A DNA stretch of 64,000 nt from Daphnia carinata (lineage: Eukaryota), in NCBI RefSeq assembly GCF_022539665.2, contig NC_081331.1, positions 6,510,001-6,574,000 of the forward strand, in the 5' to 3' direction. Below the pieces are notes generated by a model that ran no database searches, had not been told where the DNA came from, and saw nothing but the letters and a program-made list of their open reading frames with translations. The stretch's first letter is position 1. Every line of letters begins with the position of its first letter. Below are positions 1 through 14,400 of this stretch, piece by piece. The position numbers and the translations under genes are program-made.

Positions 1-3000
1 AAATTTGTAATTTGTACCTGATTTTAGGTTCGGGATCGATTACCGGGATCTCAATCACCGGTTCTGCCACTAAAGGTGGAGGTGTAGGCGGCACAGGTGG
101 TGGTGGAGGACTTGGAGCCGGCGGAAGAGGAGAAGCCACGGGGATGGTTTCAATTTCCGCGCCACTATCGTCGTTTAATTGAAGAAATTGCAACGCCGGC
201 AAACAATGACGTTCCAGTCGGTCACTGTCTTCTTCCAGTACGTCTTCTTCGTCTGCTTTCAATTCTTCTTCACTTTCGTCGCTGCTACTGCTGTTCAGCT
301 GCTTCACCTGGACCTCGGCTATTTTAAAACAAAGCAGAAAAAACTACATTAGAAATAATAACAAAGACACGACATTTATCAAACAGTCAACAAATAAGCA
401 ACTAACATTCACCTCCAAAAAAAAAAATAAAAAATAAATGCAAGAAACATTTTCTCGAATCTTTTCCACTAGATACGTGACTGGAAAAATTATTGTCGAC
501 CCTTCCCCACCCCCAGTAGGTTCTATTGATCTCATTTGTAATGCTATAGCCTTGAGCAGGTTCTATTGGACTTCTCTGAAGAGATAACAAACTGATTGGT
601 AAGCTGGACGCGCGCCCAACTTCCACCTGTGGCTCGAAAAAAAAGGGGAAAGGAATAAATAAAAAAACAACAAAAAACACAAGCGAGAAACCAGTTCCCT
701 TTTATATAGTTTGGGGTCCCTCAAGCCAAGCAACTTGCTCAATTTTGTGTTGTGTCTGTGTGGAATGAGGGGGGGGGGGACTTTGACTGGACATTGATGA
801 ATGTCGTTTACAGATTCCATCAACGGAAGCTCCACCACGGGGAGATCATTCTTAGCTCGTCCGGAACAAGATAGACTTATAATTTTTATTTGTTTTTGTT
901 TTTACCTTTAAGCTTGGGTTTTATCTTTGGTTTCATTGGACTCTTAGCATCGTGTCCCGAAGAATTCTTTTTCTTGTTCTTTTTACTGGTCGGATCGGCC
1001 GAATGGCACCATTGGAACAGTTGGAAGAATTTGCGCTTCTTGCTGGGCACGATCGTCTCGGTCAGTTCGGAATCTTGCTTCCGAACGGGGAAGTCCGGCT
1101 TACGTTTCTTCTTTTCGACCGTCGTTGTCTCGTTGGCCGGTACAGGAGGAGCCATAGAGTTTGCGGCGGAGGCTAAAGCGGCAGCGTACGAAGTCGGAAT
1201 CCTCGGCAATTCCACCTCAACACCTTAAAGAAAAACAAAAAAATAATAATAAAAAAAAAATACAAACAAAAGAAGACGGACATTAACATTAATGAAGACC
1301 TAAATCGGCCCTCTAGCAAGACCGCAAACTCGATTAATAGGTGGGCGGGAATTTGCGGTTTCTCGAGCACTCATCATTATAAAACGATGACGCGCATTGA
1401 TGAAAATTGCATTTGCCGAATGTAACAGAAAAAACAAAACAAAACAAAACTAGTTGCAAGTTTGAATGAAAAAAAAAAAAAAAAAAAAAAGAACCGATAG
1501 GGGGAAAACATAAAAATAAACAACTTGTTAGTGAATTGTGGTCGTGCGAGAACGGGCCAGTACATTAAGGCATCTGGAGCGATCTAATCTCCGCCGACAG
1601 TGCCGACTACCGGCGGCAAATAGCAAGTAGCTAAATGCAATAGCTGGTCGATGGGAACAAGAGGTGGGCGTCGATGACGTCCGCTATTTTTTTATTATTA
1701 TTTTTACACACCCGCGGAGCGATGCGTAGAAGAAGGCAAGTCCAAACGACCGGGTACGATAAAGTCGACTGGCGCCGAAACGATTTTGGCCGGCTCGCTT
1801 GACTGCTCTTGTTGCTTCGTGGCCGAATGGTGGCTACCGTCCCGGCTGCTGCTGCTACTGCTGTTCCGTCTGCGACCAGCTTTGTCTTCTTTATCCGAGC
1901 TGGATCGTTTCTTCTGCTTCTTCTTCTTGTCCGACTTCTTTTTGCATTCTACAATAAACAAACGCGTATTGTTTTGGTCAACATTGCGAATTGCGTGGGG
2001 GGGGGGGGGGGGGAGGGGCAACACATAACGATCGACAATCAGACTCACTTAAACTACTCAGCTCCTTTTGTTTCTCCTTGTACTTGCGCTGCAGTTCGGC
2101 CAACTTGGAGCGGAAGTCAAACTCCATTTGGAATCCGGTTGGGCGGGGGATGCATGACGTGGCCGGTGAAACAGCTCTCGGTTGGCTCGATTGAGGCGAA
2201 TCTGACTGCTGGTACAAAGCGGCCGCGCACAAGACATCCAACGCGTTTCCGGCCATTTCGACTGCGGTCACATTGTCGTTGCGACGCTCCTCTTTCGTTT
2301 GCGGCTCGTTGGCCAATTTCGACTGATCGGCCGACACGAATTGTTCAATGCTATCCGATAAGAGCTGCAAGCCGGAATAATCCGCCATCGGCGCGGGGCT
2401 GGCGTCGTGACCCGTCGATAATGAACGCGGGACATTTTCATCATCTAATGACGTAGATGGAGATCGGATGGACGGATCGCGACTGACCCATCCGATTGTG
2501 AGGTTGTCTCTGACTCGGATGCTCGGCGGCTCTGCCGCTGTGCTGGAATCTAGCGGCTGGGCCCTTTCCAACTGGATCGAAGGCTCATCTTTCTCTTCGA
2601 CATGGCTAGGTGGTTCTGGACTGATTCGCTCTTCCTTAATTTCGGCCATGGCGGGAGGACTGCTTATGACGCATGCCGGTTTGGATGCGTGGGTCGTAGG
2701 GTCCTCGTACGGCGTGACGTCACTTCGGAGAATCGGCAATTCAAAAGCCGATCTGACCGGTGGATGGAGAGCCCATGAAGCTGTCGGGGACGCTGCCATA
2801 TCTGGCGGGAGACCCCACGGCGACTGAGCCGGTGCGGCATAACTCTGCCAATAAACTGTGGCCGCTCGTTGATAAGGATCTGTGAATTGGAAAATAAATA
2901 TCGATATAAAGACATAAGAGCATTTTTTTTTGTTTGAAAATAAAACAAAAACAAAACAAAAGGTAATGCGGCCTCACTGGTGAACTGATTTTTTTTTTAA

Positions 3001-6000
3001 TAATAGCTATTCGCTTCAATGAACCGGAATGAAACCTATTTCTTCTTTCAATCCCGAGTTCTTTAATAACGATTGCGTAACATCCTTGACGAGATCCAAT
3101 TGAAAATGAAATTCTATTTTTAAAAGATATTTGATTAGTTAGGGATTTTTTTAATCGGCAGAGAATTAGAACAGAATGGCTGACATTTAAAGATAAGACG
3201 TCGTTCATGCATGGCGAGTCTGCAGACGGGATAATGGACTCAGCGAAGAAAAAAAAGGTCCTTTCTCTTTTTTTTTTCACGCCAGTTTGAAACTTGAACT
3301 TTGTTCCCTGGTCACGCCGGTTTGTCAACATTGGCAGTGCATTTTTTTTGTTGTTGTTGTTGTCGTTGAGACACTTAGGGTGAATAAAGAAAAGAGAGTG
3401 TGTATCGCGTTCTTTCCCCCCTTGACGACAGCGGCTAAAAAATGCTAGGAAGCTAATGTGAATCTTTCAAATCATTCGAATTGTAATGGACTTTTGCGAC
3501 AGTGTTCCACTCGATGCGCAGCAAAAATTGCAGGGAAACAAACGACAACGCAGAAAACCGGAATCACTTGGCGTATCTTGCGCATGGTTCGCCCCGTGGC
3601 AACACCAGATAAATGAATCATTTTGTTAGGTGGGGTAAGAGAGCCGGTAACAAATGTTTCGTCACTTTGGCTCAGACTTAATCTTTATTTCATTACAGGA
3701 CTGATGGCACACTCTTTTATCAGGTCTTCGGTCTTTGTGCGCAGGATGTTTTCGAGATTTACGTCTCTTTCTGTTTTTTTGTTTTTTTTGTCGTGTTTTC
3801 TTTTACATGAGGCGCCAGAGTGCGCACGATGTCGTTTCCTGTCGCGCCTTCAACATGCAAAAACGCCAATGCAACTGGATGCTATTCAATTTTTGGTTTT
3901 CATCCTTCTTCTAAAGTTCGTATCGCCATATGATACTTTTTGGCTTTCGAACTGTGCGTGAATGAGCCCCAAAAATGTTCTGCTAGTCTGCCATCGGGAT
4001 CAACGGACTCGTACGGTGTCGTCCGTCGGCAAAACACGATCGGATTATATTTAAACCGTTCGACTAGATCCCCCTCTATTGCTTTCAATTGTGACATAAT
4101 CCCCTCCAAACAAAAAAAAAAAAAAAGAAATCAAGAAAATCTCACCGAGGCAGGCGGTAGGAATCAGGAGAAAAGGCGGAGGAGTCATTCCGCCGACCGG
4201 ATGATGATGTTGATGAAGGAGGGACGACGAGACGTTAGATGGCTGTGGAGTAGGCGGATAAGTGGAATAGCGCATGATGGAGTTGACATCCGTCGCCGAC
4301 CATAGCGAGTGAGCTGCGGCGGCGGCACTGTAGTCGGTCGCATTCGGCCAAGCCCAATTGGCCGCATTGGCGGCAATTGGTGTCGGATGACCGGCGTAAA
4401 GAGCCGTCGGATTATAAACGGCTCTTCCGCCCGGATAATTTGCACTTAGGCCAGCTAGTGAAGAAGGGCTGTTAAACGGATGTTGATCAGTCGATCCGAT
4501 GGACGCATTCGACATGCACATGGCATCCGTCGGGTACGAAGAAACAGGACTCGACTGGGCGGCACGTCGAGCTTTTGGCTGGACGGGTGGCGTGGGCGTG
4601 TCGGAGCGACACTTGTCTCTGCGTTGCCTGGCGACGGCAATGCCAACGGGAATGGCCACGTTCGATGAAGCGGAGGCTGTTGCGTTATGTTTGCGCTGCG
4701 GATGGATCAGAGTTTTGCGCTTCGGAGCAGAAGCGGCCGGATCGAGATCACAAGGTGGCGATAGCACAGAGCTGTCCAATGTCATCGCCGAAGCCGACTG
4801 GATGACTTGCGATTGCTCCTCCTGCTGTTTTCGCCTCCTCTGATGCCATTTGAGGAGACTCGCCTCCGGCATCCGTCCCATAGTCCGGCTACATCCTCCC
4901 CCCATTTCGTCCTCTACTTCGCCGCTATCCACTTGGTCGTCGTCTTCACTCTCGTCATCACCGGCGGCGAAATCCGGTGATTCCGTCTTGACTTCGCGCT
5001 TGATGCGCATCTCCGTCTCTCCGCAGCTCTCTCCGTCGACCGTCACTGCGCAAAACAAAAAACATTGGCACACATCAACACGATAACAAAGAAAGTCGGC
5101 TTTTGAGACGAAACGAAAGACGAACACAGAAAAACAAAACTCGGCGTTAGATGTTTAGAGACTGAAATGATTGCGGAAATAGCTCCGAGTCAACATCATC
5201 GTCAAACAACGGCCAAAATTTCTATTTTCGGGTAGCTAACAAGGGCTAAACAGACAATCATAATATGGTAGACTCTTCCAAGGCCGCACGCTTTAGTTTC
5301 GAACTATCCCCAGGTTATTGTCGTATAAAAGTTAAATACATTTCTCTTGTGATGGATAAAAAAAAACCACCTCCCCCCCCTCCCTCAGGGCGGGAGGGGT
5401 CGAGAGACAGGTAAAGAAAAGGGCGGAGTCTCTCAACTCTTGAAACTTAAACACAGGTGGACTTAGGAAAGGGGATTCTAAAAAAGACAGAAGAAAAAGA
5501 GCGGGAATCTAATTGAACCTTCACTTTGTTTTTCAAGATGGAAGCTTTCTTTTTCTTAAGAGGATATGTTGCTGCCATCGTCGAACGAGAATCTGTCCAA
5601 CTGCCAGCATTTCCCAGAGCTCTAATGTTACATCCTTCGTTTAAAAAAGTATTACTTATTATTATTAGATATATTTAATGTTTAATGTTGGTAGTTTTTG
5701 AAGGTGTTCAAAATTCCACCCTGCTAACACATCCGTAGGGGTTCCCAGAAAAGAAAAAAAGGGAACACTTTGAGAGCGCAAATGACGTGGCCCTTTAAAA
5801 AGTTATCTGATGTGGTAACAACTTATTCTAATGAAAAACTAAAAGTAGGAGGATATACTTAAAAAAAAAAAAGACAGGGCAAGTGTACAGTCGCAGGAAA
5901 AGGCCATTCATCTTGGAGAAAAAGGCCGTCAAGTAAACTTTGACCTTGTTGCGCGACTTGACCACAGGGTATTGGTGACAGACAGGATTTTTTTTTGCCT

Positions 6001-6340
6001 CCTTTTGTCTGTTTCATGTCCCGACATGCCGCCCCCCCCCCCCATCCCAAGTTCCACGAAAAATTGAAACGAATGCCTACTGAATTTTGTAAGGGACATG
6101 CATTTTTTTTTTGTTACCAGGAGTGTAAGGCGACTGGATGGATGGAAGGTGGTCGACACCACGGGGAGACAAATCCAGGATGACGGGCGGGCCGAAACCG
6201 TGCCCATCGTACACGGGTGGAGGTCCTGGAAATTCCGTTTTCATTCCGGGAACAATCGGTGTGGTGTTCAGACGTGTTGATCCAGCACCAACAAGCATGG
6301 CAGCCTGCAGCAACTGTCCAAGAGCCGATTCCGGATCCAT
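1..6340 (-). CDS. wge: Winged-eye / BAHCC1-TNRC18-like chromatin protein, 5' part (multi-exon, continues past the left edge)
   Basis: Spliced frame: MDPESALG... (6119-6340), exon ~4146-5046, then exon ~2049-2880 with GLQLLSDSIE, ALDVLCAAAL and MEFDFRSKLAELQRKYKEKQKELSSL, resembling the TNRC18/BAHCC1 coiled-coil motif. K/S-rich exons follow. The C-terminal BAH domain is not in the window. Confidence 0.7.
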
Positions 6341-8836
6341 CTTCTCTTGCGCAAATGTTTCACAAAACTATTTCGAGAAGAAACGACTACCGTCCATTGC
6401 AACTAATCACATCCAAACAAAAAAAGACAAGCCAAATTAGTATTTTATTGATCGATTGCCTAACATCCGCGAATCGAGCGTCCATCACGAGTAAATCTGC
6501 CAACGTCAGCGTCTACATCGATCTTTTCAAAGGCTACAACCAATCTGCGAGGATCGATAGTCGGTACCCCAAAAAAAATCGCCTTTTTTTTTCTTCCCTC
6601 CTTTCTTTCGCGGCAATGATAAATATAAAGAAAAGTTAATTTGACCCCCGTGACTGTTTGACGACTACTAGAAACATCAGCCGACACAGCAACTGATAAC
6701 GATATCTCGCGAGCAACGTTGTGACGACTCTTCTCTCTGTGTGCGACTCGACAATAAAGAGAATTTCGGCTAAACACGGGAAAGGTTTGAGTGAAATCGG
6801 ATCCGACCCACAAGCTGGAACGTAAGGCAAGCGGGAAATTCGATCACACCGAGGGGGGCGGAGGGGAAGGGGTGGTGTTTAAAAAAAAAAAAGGTTCCAG
6901 TTAAAACCTAAACATCAAAAAAAGAGAAAATTTTGGGAAAGAGGTCATTACGACAAGCAAAATGCATATCAACTGGAATCGACTTGAAATGCTGTATCCC
7001 TCTTCAAACCGTGGTGTTGCATTTATCTAAAGCATTTTTCAAGCAAAAAAGGCACCTACGATTAAACACAGTTGACACGAGGGATTGGCCTAGCTTTACT
7101 AAGGGCATTGAGCCATTGCGTCATTCGAGGGAAACGAACACGAGTTGTAGCAAACATCGATTCTTGGGGGTTACACGTTGCAAAAGGGACGATAGGCTCT
7201 GCAACGAAATATCTAGAAAACAGGTCGTTTTTTTATAAGTAGGCCTATTTCAAGAAAATTCATGACAACGTCAGCAAAACTACTGGTAGAGATGCAACGA
7301 GCATTGTCTTAACTGGTAAAAGCCGTCGGAATTTGTGGTCAAGCTAATAAAAGGTTCGAATCAAAACATCACGACGGCCTAACAAGAATGGGAATGAATT
7401 GCGCCGCAAAAAGAGAACTCACAAATGTGCGACGGTGCCGTTGCGGAACCTTCCAGGCGGCGTCACTCTTCTATTGGCAAACACTTATCCAACGTTTACA
7501 AAGGCAATGGCACTGAATTTCGCGATGAAACACGCACGACAACACTAACACGATGTCAGACTGTCAAATTCTTGCAATGTCAATCTTCTCTTCACAACCT
7601 AAAGTATTGTTTTGGTGCAAAATGTTTCACTTGAAAAATTTTTGGCTCGGCGTCTATAAGATTCACACGTGCCACAAGTACAAACCTATCCCTACAACGT
7701 CCCTCAACAGAATGGTCGTACGGCTCAAACGACTTGGACATTCGAGCAAGCGGAGCAACTGAAAAAGAGCCCCGCCCACTTATGAAATTGAACCAATAGG
7801 ACGAAACCCTTGTTTATCTGGCCCCGCGCAACAAACTCCGCCCAAGGCTTCGACGCTTTGCAAGAGATGGAGGGGGAAAGGAGGGGGTCCTTTCATTATT
7901 TTTAACCTGTTTTTTTTTCGCGTGGCGTCATACTCTCTCTTTTTGTTATTTTTTTTTTTAAAGCTGCGTGAATTTTTATCGGACGGTTTGCCGTCTTTCA
8001 CGCACGCATGAAAACGCCCTCTTTCGCGCACGAAGTGTACAGAGGACGGAAAAAAAATTGCGCGGGAGCGGATGATCTTAGTAACAATACTGCAACTTCC
8101 GTTGCTCCGTTCTTTTCTTCCACAGCAGAATGCATTTAGACGAACTGTGGCTTGCTAATGTCATATTTCATGGCCTCTTTACGTACCAGAACTTTTACGA
8201 CCAGGCCAAACAGGTTTACGGAACAACGAGACCTGCATCGGGTTGTTTCTTCACAACAACAAAAAGATACAACTCGGAGCTTGATTGGATAGATTTTGGC
8301 TTCGCAAACTTCTAGTATAAATCTACTGTAATGCAATAGCAAAGCAATTAAACCGTTAAGTAACATTCGAAACGAATGTAAGGTTTTTCCTTAGTTTTCT
8401 CATTTGACCGGTTCGTTAGACGACGAGCTCAGCCAAATTTCCCTTTGGCTGTGACACTTTAACCTTCAACAGCAGCAACAGCAGCGAAGACGCTATATGT
8501 ACTCGTCGTCGCGGCAGAACGAACCTGTGGGCCATCGTGCGTGACTGGGAACTTTTCGAACCTTGGTTATTACATACCCTCGAGACACGCTAAAGGAGGA
8601 GGCGAGACGGCCAACATGGAAGACATCTATCCACCTAAACATGGAACTACATGCAGCTACATGGTATGTATAATGTGTATTTCTCGGCTTTACTCGAGAA
8701 TGATCCAGTTCCAATGTTACCCAGCTTTCCTCGTGAAAATTCAAAAACTGTGTTGTCACAGGAATCCAGTATGGCTTTGACCCTTTTACCCCTTTTTTTT
8801 GTGGGCTAGTGGTAAAAATTGCAGGAAAACAAAGTA

Positions 8837-9443
8837 TTAATGGAGTGGATCCATTTCTGGGGGCAATGGAATCTTCTTCTGTAGGGCAAATTTTTGAAGA
8901 GCTTCATATTTTCGATGGAGAGCTTCAATTTCTTCACGGATCTTTCCATTATCTTCAGCAAGTTTCTCTGTTTCAGAAAGTTCCCCAACTTTTTCTTGCT
9001 CGAGCTCATCCTTTTGCTCTATACGCTTGATGCGGCAACTAAAAATTGTATTTGTAAGTTCATTGCATTTAAGAAATTTGAATAAAATTACCTTGCTGCA
9101 TAGCCTCTATTTTTTAAAGTTCTACGACGTTGTTTCATTCTAACAATCTAAAGATGCCATTTTTATGGTACAAATGTCAAGTAACTTTAATTGGTTATTT
9201 TTGTACCTCTTCTCTTGTCAAACCCCGTAGCTTCAGCTGTCTGTTCAAATCTCGAACCGAGATGGAAACCAGCTCGTCGTCGGAAATTCCTAGGCAGGGG
9301 GAAGGAGACAAAGGCTCCTAAAACCCACGTAAGAATAAATTAGCAAAAAACTGAAACGCAAAAATGACGTTTTTTCGATTAAAATTCACCAAGTCAAATT
9401 TGTTGGCGTTGGCATTTCTGTCTTTCTTATCACTCTTCTTCAT
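8837..9443 (-). CDS. maf-S: Small Maf bZIP transcription factor (4 exons)
   Basis: Manual splicing gives MKKSDKKDRNANANKFDL|EPLSPSPCLGISDDELVSISVRDLNRQLKLRGLTREE|IVRMKQRRRTLKNRGYAAS|CRIKRIEQKDELEQE...PLPPEMDPLH*. This contains the Maf extended homology region and basic region with no activation domain. Introns are GT-AG. Confidence 0.95.
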
Positions 9444-9534
9444 TTTTTTTTCTCAGTTTCAGATTCCACTAGAAGTCCAGAACAACCGAGTGGCGGTGTG
9501 GAAAAAAAATCTCATCTCAGGTATAAAAAAACGC

Positions 9535-9544
9535 GCTGAGTCAC
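9535..9544 (-). promoter_or_regulatory. ARE / CNC-sMaf binding element upstream of small Maf
   Basis: Minus strand GTGACTCAGC matches RTGASnnnGC, ~95 nt upstream of the maf-S ATG. Confidence 0.5.
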
Positions 9545-10196
9545 TCTCACTGGGGCTGATGTTTTTCCCTAGCCAGCCATGTTTCTTTGTTGTGACAGTG
9601 CTTACTGTGTACGCAAGGCCCAGGTTTTAATTACAACAGAAACCCACATAGTGCCATCTGACGGTAGAAAAGTAATCCATTGCAAGTAACCATTGGTATT
9701 TTTTTTTTTACCTTTCAAGTGGTAATGTTATATTCTCTAACGGGACTTGCCTTAAAAAACGTGCTTTAATTACGACCTTTAGAATGAAAAAAAAAATTGC
9801 TCTTTTAACTGTACCAAGTATTACACAAAAAAGATATCATAAACGTGGTCCTAATTTATAATTGATGCTGTTTGACCAAAGCTTTCGTGCTGAATCTGCC
9901 GATGCTACTTTGAAAAGGAATGGCGGCTTTGGGCCCTAGCAACGGGTCCGACAAATCTTAGCGTGACATCTGACACCACAACGCTCATGCCAAAGAGCAT
10001 TGGTTAGCGTATGGATACCCAAAATCCCTAGTGCCGTTTAGACTAGGTAGGCGAGTAGACGTGTCCAAAAAACACGCTCAAAGTGCGCAATATCCACCTA
10101 GTTACGGCCCCATCCCGCCCGACAGGCACGAGCGAAGTGCATACGCGCCCACCCTCTGATCTCTTTGTAAAAATCGCGCCGTGTGCCAAAAGAATA

Positions 10197-11483
10197 ATGT
10201 ATCGCGGCAACTCACCCCCCACGAAAAGGCATTGCAACCCAATGGATAACTTACCCCCGGTGATCGTTAGACTCATGGACGACAAACCCAACTTCAAACA
10301 AATGTCGATCGCTGAAAGAGACGCCGTCCATAAAGCTATACTAGCAATCATAGGTGAGCCTAAGGACTCCAAAGTGATGACAGGAGGAGACCTACTAGTC
10401 TATGCAACAGACCCGACGCAACAAGCCAAGCTGCTAAAAATTGTGAATATAACAGGTAGACCAGCCATGTGCACGCTGCCAAACCGATCCTCTGAGGCTA
10501 AAATAGGGGTAATTTTCGGGGTCCCAATCAGCGATAGCGAGGAAGAAATGCTTGTAGCACTAGCAGGACAAGATGTCACCCACGTGAAGCGTTTACCTAT
10601 ACGCGACAAACCGGGCACCAAATCTGAGACAGTCCTTTTGACTTTCGCATCGGTCGTACCAGATAGGGTAAGGATGGCCTCGTTGAGCTATCAAGTGCAG
10701 GTATCGATTCCAAACCCGTACAGGTGCAGGAAGTGCTGGAGGCTAGGCCACACGGCATCCAGATGTAATGCAAATGGGAACAATTGCAAAAAATGTGGAA
10801 CGCAACACTTAGAAAGTCTCGAATGCTTAACCAGATGTATTAACTGCGGCAGCAATGAACATGAGGCCGACAACTACGCTGCATGCCCGACCTTCCTAGA
10901 GATGAAAAAGATTATCAAATTGTCAGTCTTGGAGGGCATATCGGTACAGGAGGCCCGCATGCGTTACACCAACAGCTACAAACCAACGGCCAGGCATATC
11001 ACGAAACCAGGAACCCTACTCAGCCCAGATCCCGTGAGCCAACTGCAGATTTGCACAATTAACGAACGCGACCAAGAGATGGCGGTATTGAGGAACCAAA
11101 TACAGGCCCTGCAGGATCAGGTGAAGGCCATCACCGCTACAGTAATTCCAAACATCCAAGGGAAGATAAATAGCCTAGGGGAAGACCTGTCAAATACAAA
11201 TAAAAAGATCAGCCACTTCAACAAGCGATTCGACAACTTAGACAAAAGACAATCAGAGAATGCCATCCACCAAGAAAATAGATTCGACAGACTTGAACTT
11301 CTAATAAGCAAGCTTGTTGGGCATAGCATTACCGGACCTACGACAGGTACTACTACCGACCCACTTGGAGCATCACTGGAACCTTTAATGCTACACCAAA
11401 ACATCGCAGCGAGCCTCAGCCCCATGTTCAGCTCTCCCAGCCAATGGTGCGACGAAATGGACACAATAGACAATGATAAATAG
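10197..11483 (+). CDS. LINE ORF1, gag-like nucleic-acid-binding protein
   Basis: Zinc knuckles CRKCWRLGHTASRC, CKKCGTQHLESLEC and CINCGSNEHEADNYAAC, then a predicted coiled coil. First ATG at 10197 (the ORF track starts at a GTG at 10083). Confidence 0.9.
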   Translation: MYRGNSPPTKRHCNPMDNLPPVIVRLMDDKPNFKQMSIAERDAVHKAILAIIGEPKDSKVMTGGDLLVYATDPTQQAKLLKIVNITGRPAMCTLPNRSSEAKIGVIFGVPISDSEEEMLVALAGQDVTHVKRLPIRDKPGTKSETVLLTFASVVPDRVRMASLSYQVQVSIPNPYRCRKCWRLGHTASRCNANGNNCKKCGTQHLESLECLTRCINCGSNEHEADNYAACPTFLEMKKIIKLSVLEGISVQEARMRYTNSYKPTARHITKPGTLLSPDPVSQLQICTINERDQEMAVLRNQIQALQDQVKAITATVIPNIQGKINSLGEDLSNTNKKISHFNKRFDNLDKRQSENAIHQENRFDRLELLISKLVGHSITGPTTGTTTDPLGASLEPLMLHQNIAASLSPMFSSPSQWCDEMDTIDNDK

Positions 11484-14400
11484 ACCCACCACCACGCCCA
11501 CGGAAAACAACTTTAAGTGCATGCAATGGAACGCTAGAGGGCTAACCAAAGCCAAACTTGAAGAGTTCAGAAACTTTATAGCCTTAGTTAATCCAGAAAT
11601 CGTTATGTTAAGTGAAACCCATTGGAACAAATCTTTCAACGTTAAGTTTAGATCGTACCACATCCTCAAGAAGGACCGCCCTGACAAACAAGGCGGAGGT
11701 GTGGCGATACTAGTTCACAAGCAATTAATTTCCTCTCCAATCATCATAAAACAATCAGCCACCGTAGAAGCCATCGGTGTCAGTGTCGTATTAGTTAACA
11801 ACAATCCGTTGGATTTCCTATCAGTGTATGTGCCAAAAGGCGACTGTGAAGTGCACGAAATGGAGCACCTCCTCTCCAGGCAAAACAGGACAGTGATAGG
11901 AGGCGATTTCAACGCTCACCACAGCATGTGGGAGAGCGGCACGCAGACAAATAAAGCAGGCAGGTCAATCTACACAGCCCTATTAAATAGCCAAGATATG
12001 TGTCTAATAACTCCCGTAGATCTCGGCACAAGAATCGACCCCTCCACTGGTAAATCCTCGACCATCGATCTAACAATCACCTCCGCAGGATTGGCAGCAG
12101 CGGCCTCAATCGAAGTAGGCCCCTACCTAGGGAGCGACCACCTACCCCTTATCCTGACGCTCAACAATACCCCAACACGGAGCACAGGCCGGCCACCCAC
12201 ATGGATCATAAATGAAAAAAAATGGGGGGAATGGAACAATAGGCTAGACAAGCATCTTACAGAAGTAAATTTCCCAAATATTGGCGATCCCGAGACGGCC
12301 GCAACAACGTTCACAAACGCCATTAACACCGCAAATAAAACGTGCTTCAAGCAAACACAACCGCAACCCAAGAAATGCGTAGCACAAAACTGTCCATGGT
12401 GGAACGAAGAGTGCTACAAAAGGGTAAAAAATGCACGGAAAGCCTTTAGAGAATGGTGTAAAACACCGCTCTCGTCATCAAAGCGCACTGAATGGAGGAA
12501 AGCGGAAGCACTGAAAAAGAAATGCATTATTGCGGCCAAGAAAAAAGCATGGGAGTCCTTCGTCACCAATCTCGGAACCAACGATCAACCGAAGCTGTGG
12601 TCTTTCACGAAAGGTATGACAGGAAAAGGGTCCAATCCCTCCCCTGACGGCACAACTATCAAAGCCAATGAAGTAAGCTACAACACACCGAAGGAAAAAG
12701 CGGAACTTTTCCTTGACCTCTTCAGTGGCGTCCACCCGTCAAACATCCCAACAAACAATACATTCGATTTAATAATCAATGGGAAAATATCATCGAGCCA
12801 CCCTAGCATCCTCAATGACCCAATAACGATGGAAGAAATTGAAAAATGCCTCCCAAAATCTAAAAGCAAAGCAATGGGGATAGATCTAATACACAACTCG
12901 ATGCTGCGAAACCTATCGAGTAAGAACAAAAGCCACCTCCTGCAACTGTTCAATACCCTCCTTTCTAAAGGCCACGTCCCAGACCACTGGAAACAATCCA
13001 TTGTCATCCCTCTCCTGAAGCCAGGCAAACCTGCAGAAGACCCAACCTCGTACCGCCCAATATCACTTACGTCATGCCTGTGCAAATCCCTTGAAAGAGT
13101 AATAGCAAACCGCCTGCATTGGTTCCTAGAGTCAAAAGGAAAAATAAATCGACAACAAGCAGGGTTCAGAAGAGGCTGCAGCACAGCCGATCATATCATC
13201 CAGCTAGAAGCTGATATAAAACTGAGTTTCAGCAAAAAATCTTCGACGGTAGCCGTTTTCTTGGACCTAGCCAAAGCGTACGACACTGTCTGGACACAAG
13301 GCCTGCTCGTCAAACTGGCCAGACTCGGGATCTCGGGCCCCATCCTTGCGTGGATAAAGAATTTTACCACAGGACGAAGCATGTGTGTCAGGATAGGGGA
13401 CCAGACCTCGCAACTAAAAACAATTGAAAATGGTGTGCCACAAGGAGCCGTCCTAAGCCCAACCCTATTCAATATAATGCTAATAGACCTCCCGACGCAC
13501 CCTCCCCCTATAAAAACCCTTCTCTATGCCGATGACATCACTATATATACATCAACAAGATCCCCGGTTGACGCAGAAGTCACATTGCAACCAGCCCTAG
13601 AAAAACTGCACCGATGGAGTAGGGAATGGAGACTCGATTTTGCCCCCGCTAAGTCATCCACGGTGGTATTCACCAGATCATACAAACCAGGAGCCGACCC
13701 ACTACTGTTCCTAAACGGACATCGCATTCCCTCCCACCCAACGGCTAAGTTCCTAGGAGTGTGGTTCGACCAGAAACTACTCTGGAAAACTCACATTGAA
13801 CAAGTCACCAAAAAATGCCTTAATCTAAAAAGCCTGTTTAGGATAATAGCAAATACAAAGTATGGACCATCAGCAAACACCTTATTACTCCTCTTCAAGA
13901 ACCTAGTCCGGAGTAAAATTGACTATGGGTTGATGGCCTACGGAAATGCTAGCAAGACTAACCTGGAAAAAATAAATGTCGTCAGCAGGGCGATACTCAG
14001 AAATATTCTAGGATCCAAACCCTCCACCCCGACTGAAATAATCTATGCGGAATCTGGCACAGAACCCATAGCAGCAAGGAGGAGATGGCTCACCAGTAAA
14101 TACATAGTGAACCTCGGCCACAAACCCAACAACCCTACGTACAGGACAGCCCGGAGCCTACACGACCACCCAGCCAAATACCCCACGAGGAGCGCCCCAT
14201 GCCTTGCAGAAGAAATAGAAAATATTAAACTTCTGGGTCTAGACACCTTCCCTCACACAACGCACCTACCCTCGCACTATAAATATCCTCCCCCAAGCAG
14301 ACCACCGACGTGCAAAACACTGTGGTTCCCACTCACGAAAAAAGCAGCCATGGAGTGTCAAGCGCGAACGGTATCGACCTTCAAGGCCATGCTCGAGGAA

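Noticed and set aside
3900..4109. ORF inside a wge intron as an alternative exon
   Set aside because: Joining it in phase to the upstream exon reaches a stop; no recognisable similarity.
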